A stretch of DNA of 64,000 nucleotides, from positions 1-64,000 of the IMG/VR virus record IMGVR_UViG_3300009509_000001; one strand, written 5' to 3'. Below, one piece after another: positions 18,480 to 28,750 of the stretch. The notes beneath the pieces were generated by a model. That model had not been told where the DNA came from and made no database searches. It saw nothing but the letters and a program-made list of their open reading frames with translations. How positions within the stretch are numbered: the stretch's first letter is position 1; each line of letters starts with the position of its first letter. The stretch is from a virus. Position numbers and translations under genes: made by a program.

Positions 18480-21310
18480 GGTTCGCCTCTGTCATTCTTC
18501 ATTTTAGCGAGCGCTTCCACCAGATCGCGCAAAACCGTCACGAGCTGTTCCTGCACTCCGGCCGCCGAGTCCGGCCCGACCTGTAGGACACTGGCGTTCT
18601 CCTTGACCTTTTCCTTGAAGGCATTGAAATCCACATCGCTGCCAATGGTCTCCTGAAGCGCGTCCAACCCAGTATAGATGTCCTCCATCGACTTGTCGGT
18701 TTTCAGGAGGTCCTCAATGGCCTTGCGACCCTTCGACCGTATCCCGCTGCCCTCGAGCGCCGCCATAACCGCCGACTCGCGCAATATGTTTTCACGCTCA
18801 TCCTGCAGATTCTTTGGTTTGCGGTCCAGTCCGAGCAACTGAGCATTGGCCTTAACGTGTTCCCTGTAGGTTTGGAACGCCTCGTTATCTCCAAGATTGT
18901 ACTTAGCCTGAATCTCGTCAAGGCCGGTGTAGACGTCCTGCATGGATTTGGCTTTGTAGAGATTTGACAACTCCTTAGAAATGTCTGAGCCGTCGTACAT
19001 ATCCGGCGTACTCCCGGTCTTCCTTCTGGCTCCGGTAAGGACTGCTCGTCGTAGCAGGGATGCACGCTCCTCCGGTGTCTTCGCATCCTCGATCGCATTT
19101 GCCATGTATGCGTAGGCGCCGGCTTCCTTCACCCGTTTACGCATTTCGTCGGCGTCGATCGTCTCCGGTGCACCGCCACGGCCGATCATGTCGAACCGCG
19201 ATTTGGTGCCGGCGGCCGTCAATATATCCTGCTGCTTCCTGGACATGTCGGAGCCAAGCAGGTAATCAAGCTCGTCGACGGTCTTCTCGTCGTATTCCCC
19301 TCGACCGATCAACTCGCCGAGCTTTTGAATGTTTCCGGCTCCTTCTTTTCCCTGGAACCGTTCATTCTGATCGATCTTGCCGAGATTGTCGGCTATGCGC
19401 AGAAGCTGACGGCGCTGACGATCGCTGGTATTTGCGTCCTTGTCCATCTTCTTCATGAATCGTTGGACGAAGGTACCCCCGATACCGCCCTGCTTGGCCA
19501 TGCCGCCTGCCACGGCCTTCTCATACTCTTCCGGGTTGAGCGCCCCTATGGCCGCGTTTACCAGATCTCCGAACTTGCCCTGCTTCTCGGCGCCGCCCTT
19601 GCGGAAGTATTCGGCAAGCCCGATGAGGCCACCCGGCTTCCTGAATTCGTCCATTCCCTGCTCGAAGTCGGCACGGGCCTCGACGACCTGGCGGATCTCC
19701 TCGGAGCCGCGGTACTGGGCCAGTCTGGCTTCGAACTCGGCTCCGTTCTTGAGACCGAACACGCCGGACGACACGGAGTCGAAGGTTCCGCCGACCAGGC
19801 TGGCCGCATCGGTTTCGCTGACGCCCTTGTCCCGTAGCATCTTTATGACGTCCTTCTGGCCCATGAGCTGCCCGTCTCTGAAGAAATCTTCCACGGCCAC
19901 CTTCTTGTCGGTGAACCGGCGGGTAACGCCCGCAAGGTTCGCGGCCATTATGCGCTGCTCGGCCTCGACGGTCTGCCGTATGCCGAAGCGGGCGACGTTC
20001 GGATCGTCCATCATGGACGTGCGAGCTTCGTCCGAAAGCGACATCATCTGCACATCGCGGGCAGTTCCGCCGGCAGCTGTGGCAAGACCCTGTAGATCCG
20101 TGGCGCCCTGCTCCTGGACGAGCCCGGCAAACCGATTGCGGTTGGCTTCGGTGTCCTCCAACGGCGTGCCTTCCTGACCCTGCCTACGGCGCCAGATCTG
20201 ATAGGCGCCCGCGTAATATTCCGCCCGGCGACTTGTGGCGCCGGCCACGTTGTTACGCAGCGTCGTGGCGCGCACGCGCTCCATGTTGACCCGGCGCATG
20301 TTTATGCCCTGGTCTGAAATGTTGGTCCCGAATCCGAAGGCGGTCTGTTCGGCCGCGGCCGACCCAACACCCTCGTCGAATCCGGCCTGCCCGGCGTACG
20401 CCTGTCCGACCATCATCATCTGGGCCGTGGCCTGCAATGACTGTCCGGTTACCAGGCTCGTCTGCTTGAGGCGCAGTACGCGCTGCTGCAGCTGGCTGCC
20501 GCTCATGGCACCGGCCGTGCCGCCGAAAACCGCATCCAGTTTGTCGAACACTTCCGGAATGCTGCCGCCGAAAAGCTCCTGCATGGAGCCTACGGCCCGG
20601 CTCATTTCCTTAACCTTCTGGTTCGTCTGCTGCGCCCGTTCCGGTCTGAAATCCTGCTGACCAAGCTGCCCACGCCGGGTCATCTCGCTCATGACGTTGG
20701 TGGCCTCGCCCATGTTGAGCCCGCCATACCCGGCTACATTCTGAAAATAGTCGTCCTGGAACTGCTTGTAGTACTGCTCGGCCTGCTTGAAGTTGGTGCG
20801 TTGCCGCTGGTTGAAGTCGCCGAGTTTGGCAGTGCTGGCGCTCGGCGCGTACATATTGCTGCCGAGAAGCGCCTGAGTGAAGTTCTCGTCCGCCTGAGCC
20901 ACGCCATGGCTCATCATCATGAGACTGCTGGTAAGGCCCGCGGGGCTGTAGATGTTGTCGAGCGCGTTCTGGGCACGCTGCTTGGATGTATCCGGGTTGA
21001 ACTCCAGATACGAATACATGCCGGTGAGCGCCTGCTTCTGGTAGTTCTGGGCGGAAGCGTCCGAGTATTTGAACCAGGTGTCGCGGGCCTGCTGATGGTA
21101 GACGTCGGCCATGTTCCGCGGCCGACCCATGAAGCTGCCGGTGCGGTAGGCGTTCTCGTTTCCGCTCAGGGAGTTCCAGAACCACTCGTCGGGACTCCAG
21201 CCGGCCATGCCGAAAAGTTTTCCGGCGCCGGGGACGAAACGATCGGCCATATTGGCGAAGACCTGTGGACCAGTGTCCTCTTCCACATAATCAAGATATG
21301 GTTCTGCCAT
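18476..21310 (-). CDS. Tape measure protein (944 aa)
   Basis: Long helical A/G/Q/E-rich protein after the chaperone pair and before hub genes. Confidence 0.75.
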   Translation of the reverse strand: MAEPYLDYVEEDTGPQVFANMADRFVPGAGKLFGMAGWSPDEWFWNSLSGNENAYRTGSFMGRPRNMADVYHQQARDTWFKYSDASAQNYQKQALTGMYSYLEFNPDTSKQRAQNALDNIYSPAGLTSSLMMMSHGVAQADENFTQALLGSNMYAPSASTAKLGDFNQRQRTNFKQAEQYYKQFQDDYFQNVAGYGGLNMGEATNVMSEMTRRGQLGQQDFRPERAQQTNQKVKEMSRAVGSMQELFGGSIPEVFDKLDAVFGGTAGAMSGSQLQQRVLRLKQTSLVTGQSLQATAQMMMVGQAYAGQAGFDEGVGSAAAEQTAFGFGTNISDQGINMRRVNMERVRATTLRNNVAGATSRRAEYYAGAYQIWRRRQGQEGTPLEDTEANRNRFAGLVQEQGATDLQGLATAAGGTARDVQMMSLSDEARTSMMDDPNVARFGIRQTVEAEQRIMAANLAGVTRRFTDKKVAVEDFFRDGQLMGQKDVIKMLRDKGVSETDAASLVGGTFDSVSSGVFGLKNGAEFEARLAQYRGSEEIRQVVEARADFEQGMDEFRKPGGLIGLAEYFRKGGAEKQGKFGDLVNAAIGALNPEEYEKAVAGGMAKQGGIGGTFVQRFMKKMDKDANTSDRQRRQLLRIADNLGKIDQNERFQGKEGAGNIQKLGELIGRGEYDEKTVDELDYLLGSDMSRKQQDILTAAGTKSRFDMIGRGGAPETIDADEMRKRVKEAGAYAYMANAIEDAKTPEERASLLRRAVLTGARRKTGSTPDMYDGSDISKELSNLYKAKSMQDVYTGLDEIQAKYNLGDNEAFQTYREHVKANAQLLGLDRKPKNLQDERENILRESAVMAALEGSGIRSKGRKAIEDLLKTDKSMEDIYTGLDALQETIGSDVDFNAFKEKVKENASVLQVGPDSAAGVQEQLVTVLRDLVEALAKMKNDRGEP

Positions 21311-21633
21311 CAGTCTTCAATGCCCTTGATCTTCTTGTATTTCTGCCACGCATCAACGCAGCGCTGTTTCAATGACTTGGGCGTGACGATGTTGGTCAAG
21401 ACCCACGGTAGACGGGTCTTGACGTATTCGGCGGCAAAGAGTTGTTGCTTGCGCGCATACGTCCTGTCGAACTGCAGGAACGTATCAGCCATAAGCTCAC
21501 GCTCTATGTCTTCGAGTATCAGCCGCTCCCGAAGGAGCGACGACACGTCATCTCGGGTCGTAACGCCGTAGTCAAGGGCGCCGGTTCGCGCAGCCCTGAC
21601 GGCTAAAACGGCCCAGCGCCCGTCCAGAAATTT
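21310..21633 (-). CDS. -1 frame extension of tail assembly chaperone (lambda T-like); the track's 78-aa ORF is its 3' part
   Basis: Frame is open from the slippery site 21633 to the stop at 21310 (KFLDGRWAVLAVRAARTGALDYGVTTRDDVSSLLRER...); no SD before GTG 21546. Confidence 0.65.
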   Translation of the reverse strand, partial: KFLDGRWAVLAVRAARTGALDYGVTTRDDVSSLLRERLILEDIERELMADTFLQFDRTYARKQQLFAAEYVKTRLPWVLTNIVTPKSLKQRCVDAWQKYKKIKGIED

Positions 21634-22265
21634 TCATCGAAGGATTGGGCTAGAAGTGACTGCTCCAGCGTACGGAACAACCCTACGCAGCGGGCCACCA
21701 TACCGACGACGGCTTCGGGCAAACCCGTGAACCGTTTGGCGAATGCCGCTTCCAGCTCCTTACGGTTGCTGGGCTGCATCGGCACGTCGAAATTCTTGGC
21801 CTCGCCGTCGCCCAGCTGCAGCGTTCGCAAGTAGAACAGCGCCCGGTACTTGGAGAGCACCTGGGAGAACTCGACCGGGTCCGTAACGTCCCGAAGACCG
21901 AGAATATGCGTATTCAGCTTGTCGCCTTCGTCACTCGTCAACGCGGTCATCTTCAGAATTATCTGACCACCCATGATCTCGTAAGCCTTGGAGAACGCGC
22001 GCCCGCCCAGGATCGCCCGGGTGTACTCGCGGACGTCGTCTTCATTGGGTTTCGAGGTGTCCGGGGTGTGTCCGCACCGTGCACACGCTTTCGGCTCTTC
22101 CTGCTCCTGGGGCTGCTCCGGCTCTTCCTGCTCCTGGGGCTGCTCCGGCTTGGGGAGCGGGGCATTGGCCTCCGCGTGGGCGATGATTTCCTCCATACGC
22201 TTGCGCTGCTCAGGCGGAATGTTGTCACCGAGCTGAATGACTTCGTTTGTTGCTTCTTCTGCCAT
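21603..22265 (-). CDS. Tail assembly chaperone (lambda G-like, 220 aa)
   Basis: Acidic helical protein upstream of the tape measure, ending in a slippery heptamer. Confidence 0.7.
   Translation of the reverse strand: MAEEATNEVIQLGDNIPPEQRKRMEEIIAHAEANAPLPKPEQPQEQEEPEQPQEQEEPKACARCGHTPDTSKPNEDDVREYTRAILGGRAFSKAYEIMGGQIILKMTALTSDEGDKLNTHILGLRDVTDPVEFSQVLSKYRALFYLRTLQLGDGEAKNFDVPMQPSNRKELEAAFAKRFTGLPEAVVGMVARCVGLFRTLEQSLLAQSFDENFWTGAGPF
21627..21633 (-). other. Programmed -1 ribosomal frameshift heptamer A AAT TTC
   Basis: X XXY YYZ pattern in the correct frame (GAA AAT TTC); the -1 frame has TGA immediately before and is open after. Confidence 0.65.
22092..22150 (-). repeat. Coding tandem repeat, 27 nt x2 (EQPQEQEEP)
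   Basis: cggctcttcctgctcctggggctgctc at 22092 and 22119. Confidence 0.9.
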
Positions 22266-22293
22266 GGTTCTTACCTTCGTTTCGTGTTAATGG

Positions 22294-24873
22294 TTACCTA
22301 TTTACAATATACTCGTCGAACGCCTTCATTCCAACCAGACCGGCATTTAGAGGCGTCTTCTTCGGACCATAGCCGGGATAGGCATAGGTGGCCTCCCCGT
22401 CTTTGTTCGTCACGGCCTTCTGCGTCCATTTCTCGGGCTCTCCCCCATTCATGAGCATTGCCTGCCAGCGCATCGCCTGGAGCTGATACTCGGTCTGCTG
22501 AACCTGCTCCGGCTTGTCGTAGCCGAACCACGCCTTCATGAGCTCGGCGTCCGTGAGATCCGACGGAACCGCCGCCGTGAACGATCTGGCGAGGACGCTT
22601 ATGTTCTTGACGCTGAACCGATCAATCTTTACCTGCGGGGCGCGGGCATTCTTCCATTGAACGCCGCTGGTGTCGCTGCCGTTGCCGAACGCGCCGCTGA
22701 GCGCGATGGCGTTGGTCGCCCTGACGGTTCCTTTGGCGGTGATTCCGCCACTCATGTCGATGCTGCCGTCGATCTGCATTCTGGGGGCCGACGGCGATGA
22801 GATGTTGATGGTGTCGATCCCGCGCTCAGCCAGGAGGGTGCGGGTTATACCGCTTTCCAGCGGAGTACTGAGCTTGAAAATCCCGGTACCGACGTTGAAC
22901 GTGTTACATACGCCGGTCATTATTCCGCCGGCCAGCGCAAACACGGCGCCGTTGCTGCTGAAGGACACGCCGCCCTCGAAATGGCCATATAGCGCGTTGC
23001 CCTGGAGCCCGACGAGGCCGCCGCGGCTGTCGATGATTATGTTGCCGTCCGCCCGGTTGCGGGACAAGCCGGTCTTGCTGCCCTCTTCCGGCGGCGTCAG
23101 GCCCATGTACATGTTGACGCCCATTAGGTTGAGCTGTGCCTTGCTTCTGACGGTTATTCCGCTGTTCTCGGCGGTGCCGCCGGCCGCCCTGGATTCAATA
23201 AGCAGTCTACCGGTCTCGCCGTTGGCCGCCAGTAGGTCGAGGTCGGTCTCGGCCTTTATCCTGATCTTGCCCTCGTTGCTGTTGAGCTGGATCTCTTTGC
23301 CGGCGTTCGTGACCTTTCGTCGCGGCACGAACTCGAAGCAGTCACGACCAGGCCGAAGCTCCAGGTCGACGGCCGGGCTGATGGAGATGCGGCCGCGATA
23401 CATGCGGATCTCGCTACCGTGGCCGTCACTGATGACGATGCTGCCGTCCGGCTGCTGTCTGATGATGGACTCAAGCGCGTAGATCCTGCGCTTCAGGTTG
23501 GTGACCGGATCCGTTTCGTCGACGACCGGTGGCCGATCGTAAAACTGTTTGGAAGGCGACAGTCGGTCCAGGCTGACCGGGGCGTCCTTGACGTTCAGGT
23601 TAGGGTACTTCTCGGCGAGCTGTTCACGGGTCATCACCCGCCAATAGTCCGACCGCGACTTGGCGATGCTGTTTCGGTTATTGGCAGTGTCGGCGTCGAA
23701 CTCCTGACTCTCGAGTACGGCTGAAAATGGCGAGAAATCACCCCCGAGCTGATCGGCGATTGCCCGCTCGTATGCCTCCTGCGGCTCCGGGGTCGAATCG
23801 AACGCGTCGCCGTCATGCGGCCGAGTCTGCTCGGGGACCGGTATGTACAGCGATTTTACGTGATCGATTCCGCCCGAAGCCCGCGTCTCATGCCTGCCAT
23901 CGTACGTGCGGCGGACGCTGACCTTCCCGATCGGGGGAAGCTCGTCGGTCGTGTGCACGCCGGTCTCCTCGGCTGGACGCGCAAGCGCAGTGAGGTCGCC
24001 GTCGGCTATTGGACCGGCCAGTTCCGAGTGCCGGAAGACACCCAGTTGACCATCGCCGCCCGCGTTCTCGATCTGCCCATCGGCATTCTCGATGAACGGC
24101 GCGACATCGCCGACTGCACCCATTCCCTCACGCTCCGTCATCGCAAGACGACGGTAATACATCATGGCTTTTTCATCCGGCTCCCAGCCGCTTTCGACGG
24201 CCAGGCTCCGTACCTCGTGCGTGCGGGCCTGTATCCGCACCTTGTCATGGAAAGCGAATGCCTCGACCATAGCCATCGGGCTGGCGCCGATGGACGTTTT
24301 GGACGCGCACACGCTGAAGAAAGTGTAGAGCGGCGAGTACTTGACGTAGTCGCCGGAAAAGACGTCGTTGGGCATTCCGAAGCTTACGTCTCTGAGCGTG
24401 GCCGTCAGCTTCTTGGTGCTGGCGAACGCTTCGGTCATAAGCTGGTTGAAGAAGTCGAGCTCCTCACCGTGGATGTTGGCTCCCGGGTATCCCTGCGCGG
24501 TGGCCATGAAGTCAGGCGGGGCCGCGCACAGGATATAGCCGAGATCGCTCATTACCCCGGCGGCAAGATTGGGCGTGGTCGAATAACGCTGCCGGGCGTA
24601 CAACACTTCGTCGCCGGCTTCGTAAATGTCACCGCCCCTTGCACCGCTGCGGCCCATGCCGCCCTGCATGCTGCAGCAGAGCGACAGGTCGCCGGTCTTC
24701 TCCCCGTGCTTGGGGAGAACGAGGTAGACGCCAAGTCCCGGATATACCATGAAGACCTCACCCTGAATGAGTTCAAGGTTGAGGCCCTCAACGGACTTGG
24801 CGAGCTCCTGGAAGCCTGCGGGTCCCTGATTAAAGAGCCGCGCAGGGTTCATTCCTGGTGGACCACCTGCCAT
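22294..24873 (-). CDS. Central spike / VgrG-gp5-like baseplate protein (859 aa)
   Basis: N-terminal OB-fold-like GGDIYEAGDEVLYAR; later PDGSIVISDGHGSEIRMYRGRISIS beta-helix-type repeats. Confidence 0.6.
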   Translation of the reverse strand: MAGGPPGMNPARLFNQGPAGFQELAKSVEGLNLELIQGEVFMVYPGLGVYLVLPKHGEKTGDLSLCCSMQGGMGRSGARGGDIYEAGDEVLYARQRYSTTPNLAAGVMSDLGYILCAAPPDFMATAQGYPGANIHGEELDFFNQLMTEAFASTKKLTATLRDVSFGMPNDVFSGDYVKYSPLYTFFSVCASKTSIGASPMAMVEAFAFHDKVRIQARTHEVRSLAVESGWEPDEKAMMYYRRLAMTEREGMGAVGDVAPFIENADGQIENAGGDGQLGVFRHSELAGPIADGDLTALARPAEETGVHTTDELPPIGKVSVRRTYDGRHETRASGGIDHVKSLYIPVPEQTRPHDGDAFDSTPEPQEAYERAIADQLGGDFSPFSAVLESQEFDADTANNRNSIAKSRSDYWRVMTREQLAEKYPNLNVKDAPVSLDRLSPSKQFYDRPPVVDETDPVTNLKRRIYALESIIRQQPDGSIVISDGHGSEIRMYRGRISISPAVDLELRPGRDCFEFVPRRKVTNAGKEIQLNSNEGKIRIKAETDLDLLAANGETGRLLIESRAAGGTAENSGITVRSKAQLNLMGVNMYMGLTPPEEGSKTGLSRNRADGNIIIDSRGGLVGLQGNALYGHFEGGVSFSSNGAVFALAGGIMTGVCNTFNVGTGIFKLSTPLESGITRTLLAERGIDTINISSPSAPRMQIDGSIDMSGGITAKGTVRATNAIALSGAFGNGSDTSGVQWKNARAPQVKIDRFSVKNISVLARSFTAAVPSDLTDAELMKAWFGYDKPEQVQQTEYQLQAMRWQAMLMNGGEPEKWTQKAVTNKDGEATYAYPGYGPKKTPLNAGLVGMKAFDEYIVNR

Positions 24874-24893
24874 ATTAGATCATCCAGTAAGCT

Positions 24894-25370
24894 TTAGGTC
24901 CCTGGATTGAGCGACAAGCCTGTGATGATCATGCTGATCCCGGTCGTTACGACCGAGAGTTCGCCAATGGTCTGCACGTTGACCTGAAGTTCATTGATGA
25001 TACAACCGGACGCCTCGAAGCTGGTCGGGTTCGTCCCGCCCGCGCATTGCTCGATGCCGCCAGGCTGAACGAGGATGGTGTTTCCTGCGTTCTGGCACAC
25101 ATCTGCGTACCTCTGCAGGAACGCATCCATCGTGGCCTTGGGACCGACGAGTGACGTCAGGTTGATGCTTCCCGTGCCCTGCCCTGCGATGAGGACGGTG
25201 CCCGTCTTGTTCAGCGGACGATACGGAGTGATCTGACGAGCATAGCGCATCTGAAAGCCGATGGCGATCAGATCGTCGCCGCCCTCAATGGTGAGAACGG
25301 CTTCGTTGAGCTGCCACGCATCATAGATAGTCCCGTCATTTCCGAAAATATCTGGGTTGTTGGCTGGCAT
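24894..25370 (-). CDS. Tail tube protein (158 aa)
   Basis: Follows the sheath; size and all-beta character; SD GGAGG. Confidence 0.75.
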   Translation of the reverse strand: MPANNPDIFGNDGTIYDAWQLNEAVLTIEGGDDLIAIGFQMRYARQITPYRPLNKTGTVLIAGQGTGSINLTSLVGPKATMDAFLQRYADVCQNAGNTILVQPGGIEQCAGGTNPTSFEASGCIINELQVNVQTIGELSVVTTGISMIITGLSLNPGT

Positions 25371-25382
25371 TCAATTACCTCC

Positions 25383-28028
25383 TTAGAAGATACGGAATTT
25401 CAAGTTGAGAATGTTCAACGGCTCCGGCAAGTCGAGATCGACCTCGACCCAGACATTGTCGATGTTGACAGGGTCGATGTAGAGACGTTGTATCGTCATG
25501 TCCTGGATCTGCGGGCCGAGCTGCGGCGGGTAGGTCCTGGACGCGATGACGTTCTTCACGGAGAGTAGCCGTGACCGGATCAGTTCGAGCATCTCCTGGG
25601 ACACGTTACCGCGACCGTAGAGATCCTGGACGTTGTCGCGGAAGTCACGAATGACCTGGTCGGCGTTGGTCGTGACGCTGTTTTCGCGATGGCGAACGTC
25701 ACTCATGTCTGTCGTCAACTGGTGACGCGACAGGACCTGGCCGGATTCGTCCGCGTAGACGATCCAGATACCGCCACCGGCCATCGTGTTGAGCTGGTCG
25801 CCCGTAAGGGTCAACGTGTCTTCAACACTGATGTTCGAGAGCGGGTAGTTGCTCAGCGGCTGATGCGGTGCAACCGCACTGCGGAGGCCGGCGATCATGG
25901 CAGCGAGAATGGAGTTGCTGACTCCCTCGATGCCGCCGAATGTGAGTTTGTCGGACCAGACGACGCAGACACGCCGGTCGGTGTAGTACTGGCCGATTGC
26001 GGCAACCGCTTCGGCGTATTCGTCGCCGGTGCTGGTGCGCCAGACTTCGAACTTCACTTCGGTTCCGATGTTGACGAGCGGGGCTTCCACGACGGTGGCC
26101 TCGGTGTCCGAGATCACTTCGTCAATGACGTAAGAGTCGTAGATGATGCCGCCCTTGTTGTCGGGACGGTAGTTGATGTGCACGGTGTCGCCTGCGCGAA
26201 CGCCTGCGGCCTGCAGCGTGCCGTTGGTGGTCACGAGATCGGTGCCGATCAATGTGGCCAGCAGCGGGGCCTCCAACGCGTCTTCAGTATAGAACGCATT
26301 GTAGACTGGAACGTCGGCGCCGCGTACCATGATGCGGTACAACGACCGATCCTTGGCGCTCGCCTTGTCCACGCTCGCCTTGATGACGTCGGTGATCGCG
26401 GTATCGGTGCTGTACGGAACCAGACTGTAGGGCTCCAGGCGGTAATCCTGAGCACCTGCGGCCGCCGTGTAACCGGCCAGGTCGTCGGACGCCAGCTGGA
26501 TATAGTACACGCGGGTACCGTTCGCGGGCGTGAGCGCCGCCTTGACCATGAGGGACAAGGGGTTGGCTTCCACTGCCGGGCCGAGAGTGTCTTCGACGTC
26601 CAGGACGTCGTCGAGGCTCAACAGCTTGTTGGCGTTGGCGACCAGGAGCTCGCGATAATCCACATAGGCGTCGCCGCCGAGGATGTTGTGAGCCGTGGCC
26701 ACGCCGAGATACAGGCCGGTGTAGGTCGCCGCTGCGGCCAGATCGATCTGGCTTGCGTTGGCGTTCCAGTATTCGACGCCGAGATCGATGGTATCGACCA
26801 GGCTCAACGTGATGTCGAGGACGTCGGTGGTGACTGCGCCGACCAGTTTGTCGCGCATGATGACGGTGCGGATCGCGCCTGCGCCTGCGGCCGTAACGAC
26901 CACCAGGTACTTGTCGCCCGTGACCAGCGTTTCAGCGGCCTCGAACTGCAGAGTTGCGCCCTGCGTTCCGATGGCGTTGAACAAGCCCGATGCAACGATG
27001 GCAGTGACGCTTGCGTCGTAACCGTGGATGGACAGGGCCGAGATCTTGACGACGTCGGTGCCGACGATACCACCCTGCTCGACGGTCACGATGTAGGTCG
27101 TGTCCTTGAGGCCCAGGTAGTTGCCGCCGCCCTCGAGGGTCGGAACGACGTTGTCGGTACTGACGGTCACGGTGACCGTGTCGTTGACGTTGACTGTTTC
27201 GGTCCCGTCGCCGGCTCCGCCGTCACCAAAGGTGATGGTCGCACCCTGATTGCCGATTTCGACAGGGGTGTTGTAGGCCGCGATGGTGATTTCGCCGTTG
27301 TCGTCGCCGTTGGTCGCCTGAACCGTGAAAACAGTTCCGGGGATCTTGTTGCCGGCGCCGGCGGTTTTGACCGTAAGGATGTAAGTTTCTTCGGGATGGC
27401 CATAAGCCAGTCCGGTGAATCCGGTTTCGTCGAGCGCGATGACCAGCGTGCCGGGGACTGACAGGCTGTTGTTGTCGACGTTGTTGGCTGCGACCGATGC
27501 CGCGGCGTTGGCTGCGTCCGGGGTGGCGTTCGCCACAGTCGCCGGATCGACGTCGGCCACGAGGCCGCTGACCACGCTGTCGACGGTGGTAGACCCGAAG
27601 GTCACGCGAATGCGGTCGCCGAGTGCCACGTCACGGGTCCCGAAGCTTGCGCTGCGGGCATAGCCGTTGGCAGTCTTGAGGATGTGGTTCGGGAGACGGA
27701 TCCGGTTGCCGTCGTTTTCCAGCACGCCGTGAGTCGGATCAACGGACCCGTCGACGGCAGTGTTGAAGTATTGCAGCACCGCATCCTTGATCTTCACGAC
27801 GGACGAGCCGACGTCGATCGTGCTTCCGACGACCCTGCCGGGCCATCCGATGAAGGTGTTGCCGAGATCAGCGTCATAGGCGCCGAGCAAAGCCTGTTCC
27901 CCCTCCACGCCGAAACGATGAAGCCCGTAACGGGGAGCGAGAATGCAGGCGTACAGTGGCAGTGCATTGGAATCCGGTGTGGATACCAATTCCTGCTCAA
28001 TGAACAGAGACGGAGGGGTGTAGGTCAT
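25383..28028 (-). CDS. Contractile tail sheath protein (881 aa)
   Basis: C-terminal SRHQLTTDMSDVRHRENSVTTNADQV...DNVWVEVDLDLPEPLNILNLKF typical of sheath C-domain; precedes the tube; SD AGGAGA. Confidence 0.85.
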   Translation of the reverse strand: MTYTPPSLFIEQELVSTPDSNALPLYACILAPRYGLHRFGVEGEQALLGAYDADLGNTFIGWPGRVVGSTIDVGSSVVKIKDAVLQYFNTAVDGSVDPTHGVLENDGNRIRLPNHILKTANGYARSASFGTRDVALGDRIRVTFGSTTVDSVVSGLVADVDPATVANATPDAANAAASVAANNVDNNSLSVPGTLVIALDETGFTGLAYGHPEETYILTVKTAGAGNKIPGTVFTVQATNGDDNGEITIAAYNTPVEIGNQGATITFGDGGAGDGTETVNVNDTVTVTVSTDNVVPTLEGGGNYLGLKDTTYIVTVEQGGIVGTDVVKISALSIHGYDASVTAIVASGLFNAIGTQGATLQFEAAETLVTGDKYLVVVTAAGAGAIRTVIMRDKLVGAVTTDVLDITLSLVDTIDLGVEYWNANASQIDLAAAATYTGLYLGVATAHNILGGDAYVDYRELLVANANKLLSLDDVLDVEDTLGPAVEANPLSLMVKAALTPANGTRVYYIQLASDDLAGYTAAAGAQDYRLEPYSLVPYSTDTAITDVIKASVDKASAKDRSLYRIMVRGADVPVYNAFYTEDALEAPLLATLIGTDLVTTNGTLQAAGVRAGDTVHINYRPDNKGGIIYDSYVIDEVISDTEATVVEAPLVNIGTEVKFEVWRTSTGDEYAEAVAAIGQYYTDRRVCVVWSDKLTFGGIEGVSNSILAAMIAGLRSAVAPHQPLSNYPLSNISVEDTLTLTGDQLNTMAGGGIWIVYADESGQVLSRHQLTTDMSDVRHRENSVTTNADQVIRDFRDNVQDLYGRGNVSQEMLELIRSRLLSVKNVIASRTYPPQLGPQIQDMTIQRLYIDPVNIDNVWVEVDLDLPEPLNILNLKFRIF

Positions 28029-28054
28029 GCCAGGTCTCTCCTGTTATGTTGTCG

Positions 28055-28750
28055 TTATTGGTGGTTCGAAGTTAAACCTATACTCTTTAATATAGGTGCT
28101 ATTGGTTTCAAAGTCCAACTGTGTCCGGTAGTCCATGCAATCTGCACGCCGCACATGAAATTCTCGTGATCTTCATTCTCCATCGGCTTCACCTCGGTGA
28201 TGGCCGTGACTCTCAGGTTCGCGATGCTGAGATCCTTGGAAATCGCAGGGCCGTATTCCATGATCATGTAGAACACTTCTTCGCTGAGCCGATCAAGCGC
28301 CATGCGGCTCTTGGCCGCCGCGCAGATGATCTGATGGCGGCACTGCAGAAGCTGCAGATAGTCGGTTCCCTCGAGATTTCCGGAGCGCGCCGACAAGTGC
28401 GTGAGCGCCCGGTCGCGGATGGCGATTCGCTGCACCTGGACAGGGCCGCGGCTGACATAGAGCGCCGGCCGCTGCTGCAGATGTGTCGGATCGTAGTCCC
28501 ACGATGGCTCGATGTGGATTTTCGACTGCTCGGTTTCGTCGTCGGTGTCGGGCTTCCACAGAAGGTCGCGCAGCTTCAGGTCGTTGATGTTGTCGGCGAC
28601 GTAGAAATGGGCCTGCAGAAGCTTGAGCAGATACCCCGTCATCTGGCTTGGCCGAACGTGCCGTTTGCACAGAGCCGAAATATCCTTCTCGGCGAGCTGC
28701 ACGGCATCCACGGTGCCCCATGACGGTTCTGGTAAAGGTGTTGTCGGCAT
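28055..28750 (-). CDS. Tail terminator / tail completion protein (231 aa)
   Basis: Position between neck and sheath; QQRPALYVSRGP motif. Confidence 0.6.
   Translation of the reverse strand: MPTTPLPEPSWGTVDAVQLAEKDISALCKRHVRPSQMTGYLLKLLQAHFYVADNINDLKLRDLLWKPDTDDETEQSKIHIEPSWDYDPTHLQQRPALYVSRGPVQVQRIAIRDRALTHLSARSGNLEGTDYLQLLQCRHQIICAAAKSRMALDRLSEEVFYMIMEYGPAISKDLSIANLRVTAITEVKPMENEDHENFMCGVQIAWTTGHSWTLKPIAPILKSIGLTSNHQ
28086..28095 (-). promoter_or_regulatory. Candidate late-promoter element CTATATTAAA
   Basis: AT-rich 10-mer 58 nt upstream of the sheath ATG; identical copy at 58705-58714. Confidence 0.35.

Noticed and set aside
11243-28028. Tailocin / eCIS / T6SS interpretation of the sheath-tube-spike-baseplate block
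   Set aside because: Contiguous with neck, major capsid, scaffold and prohead protease genes, which indicates a complete phage virion.
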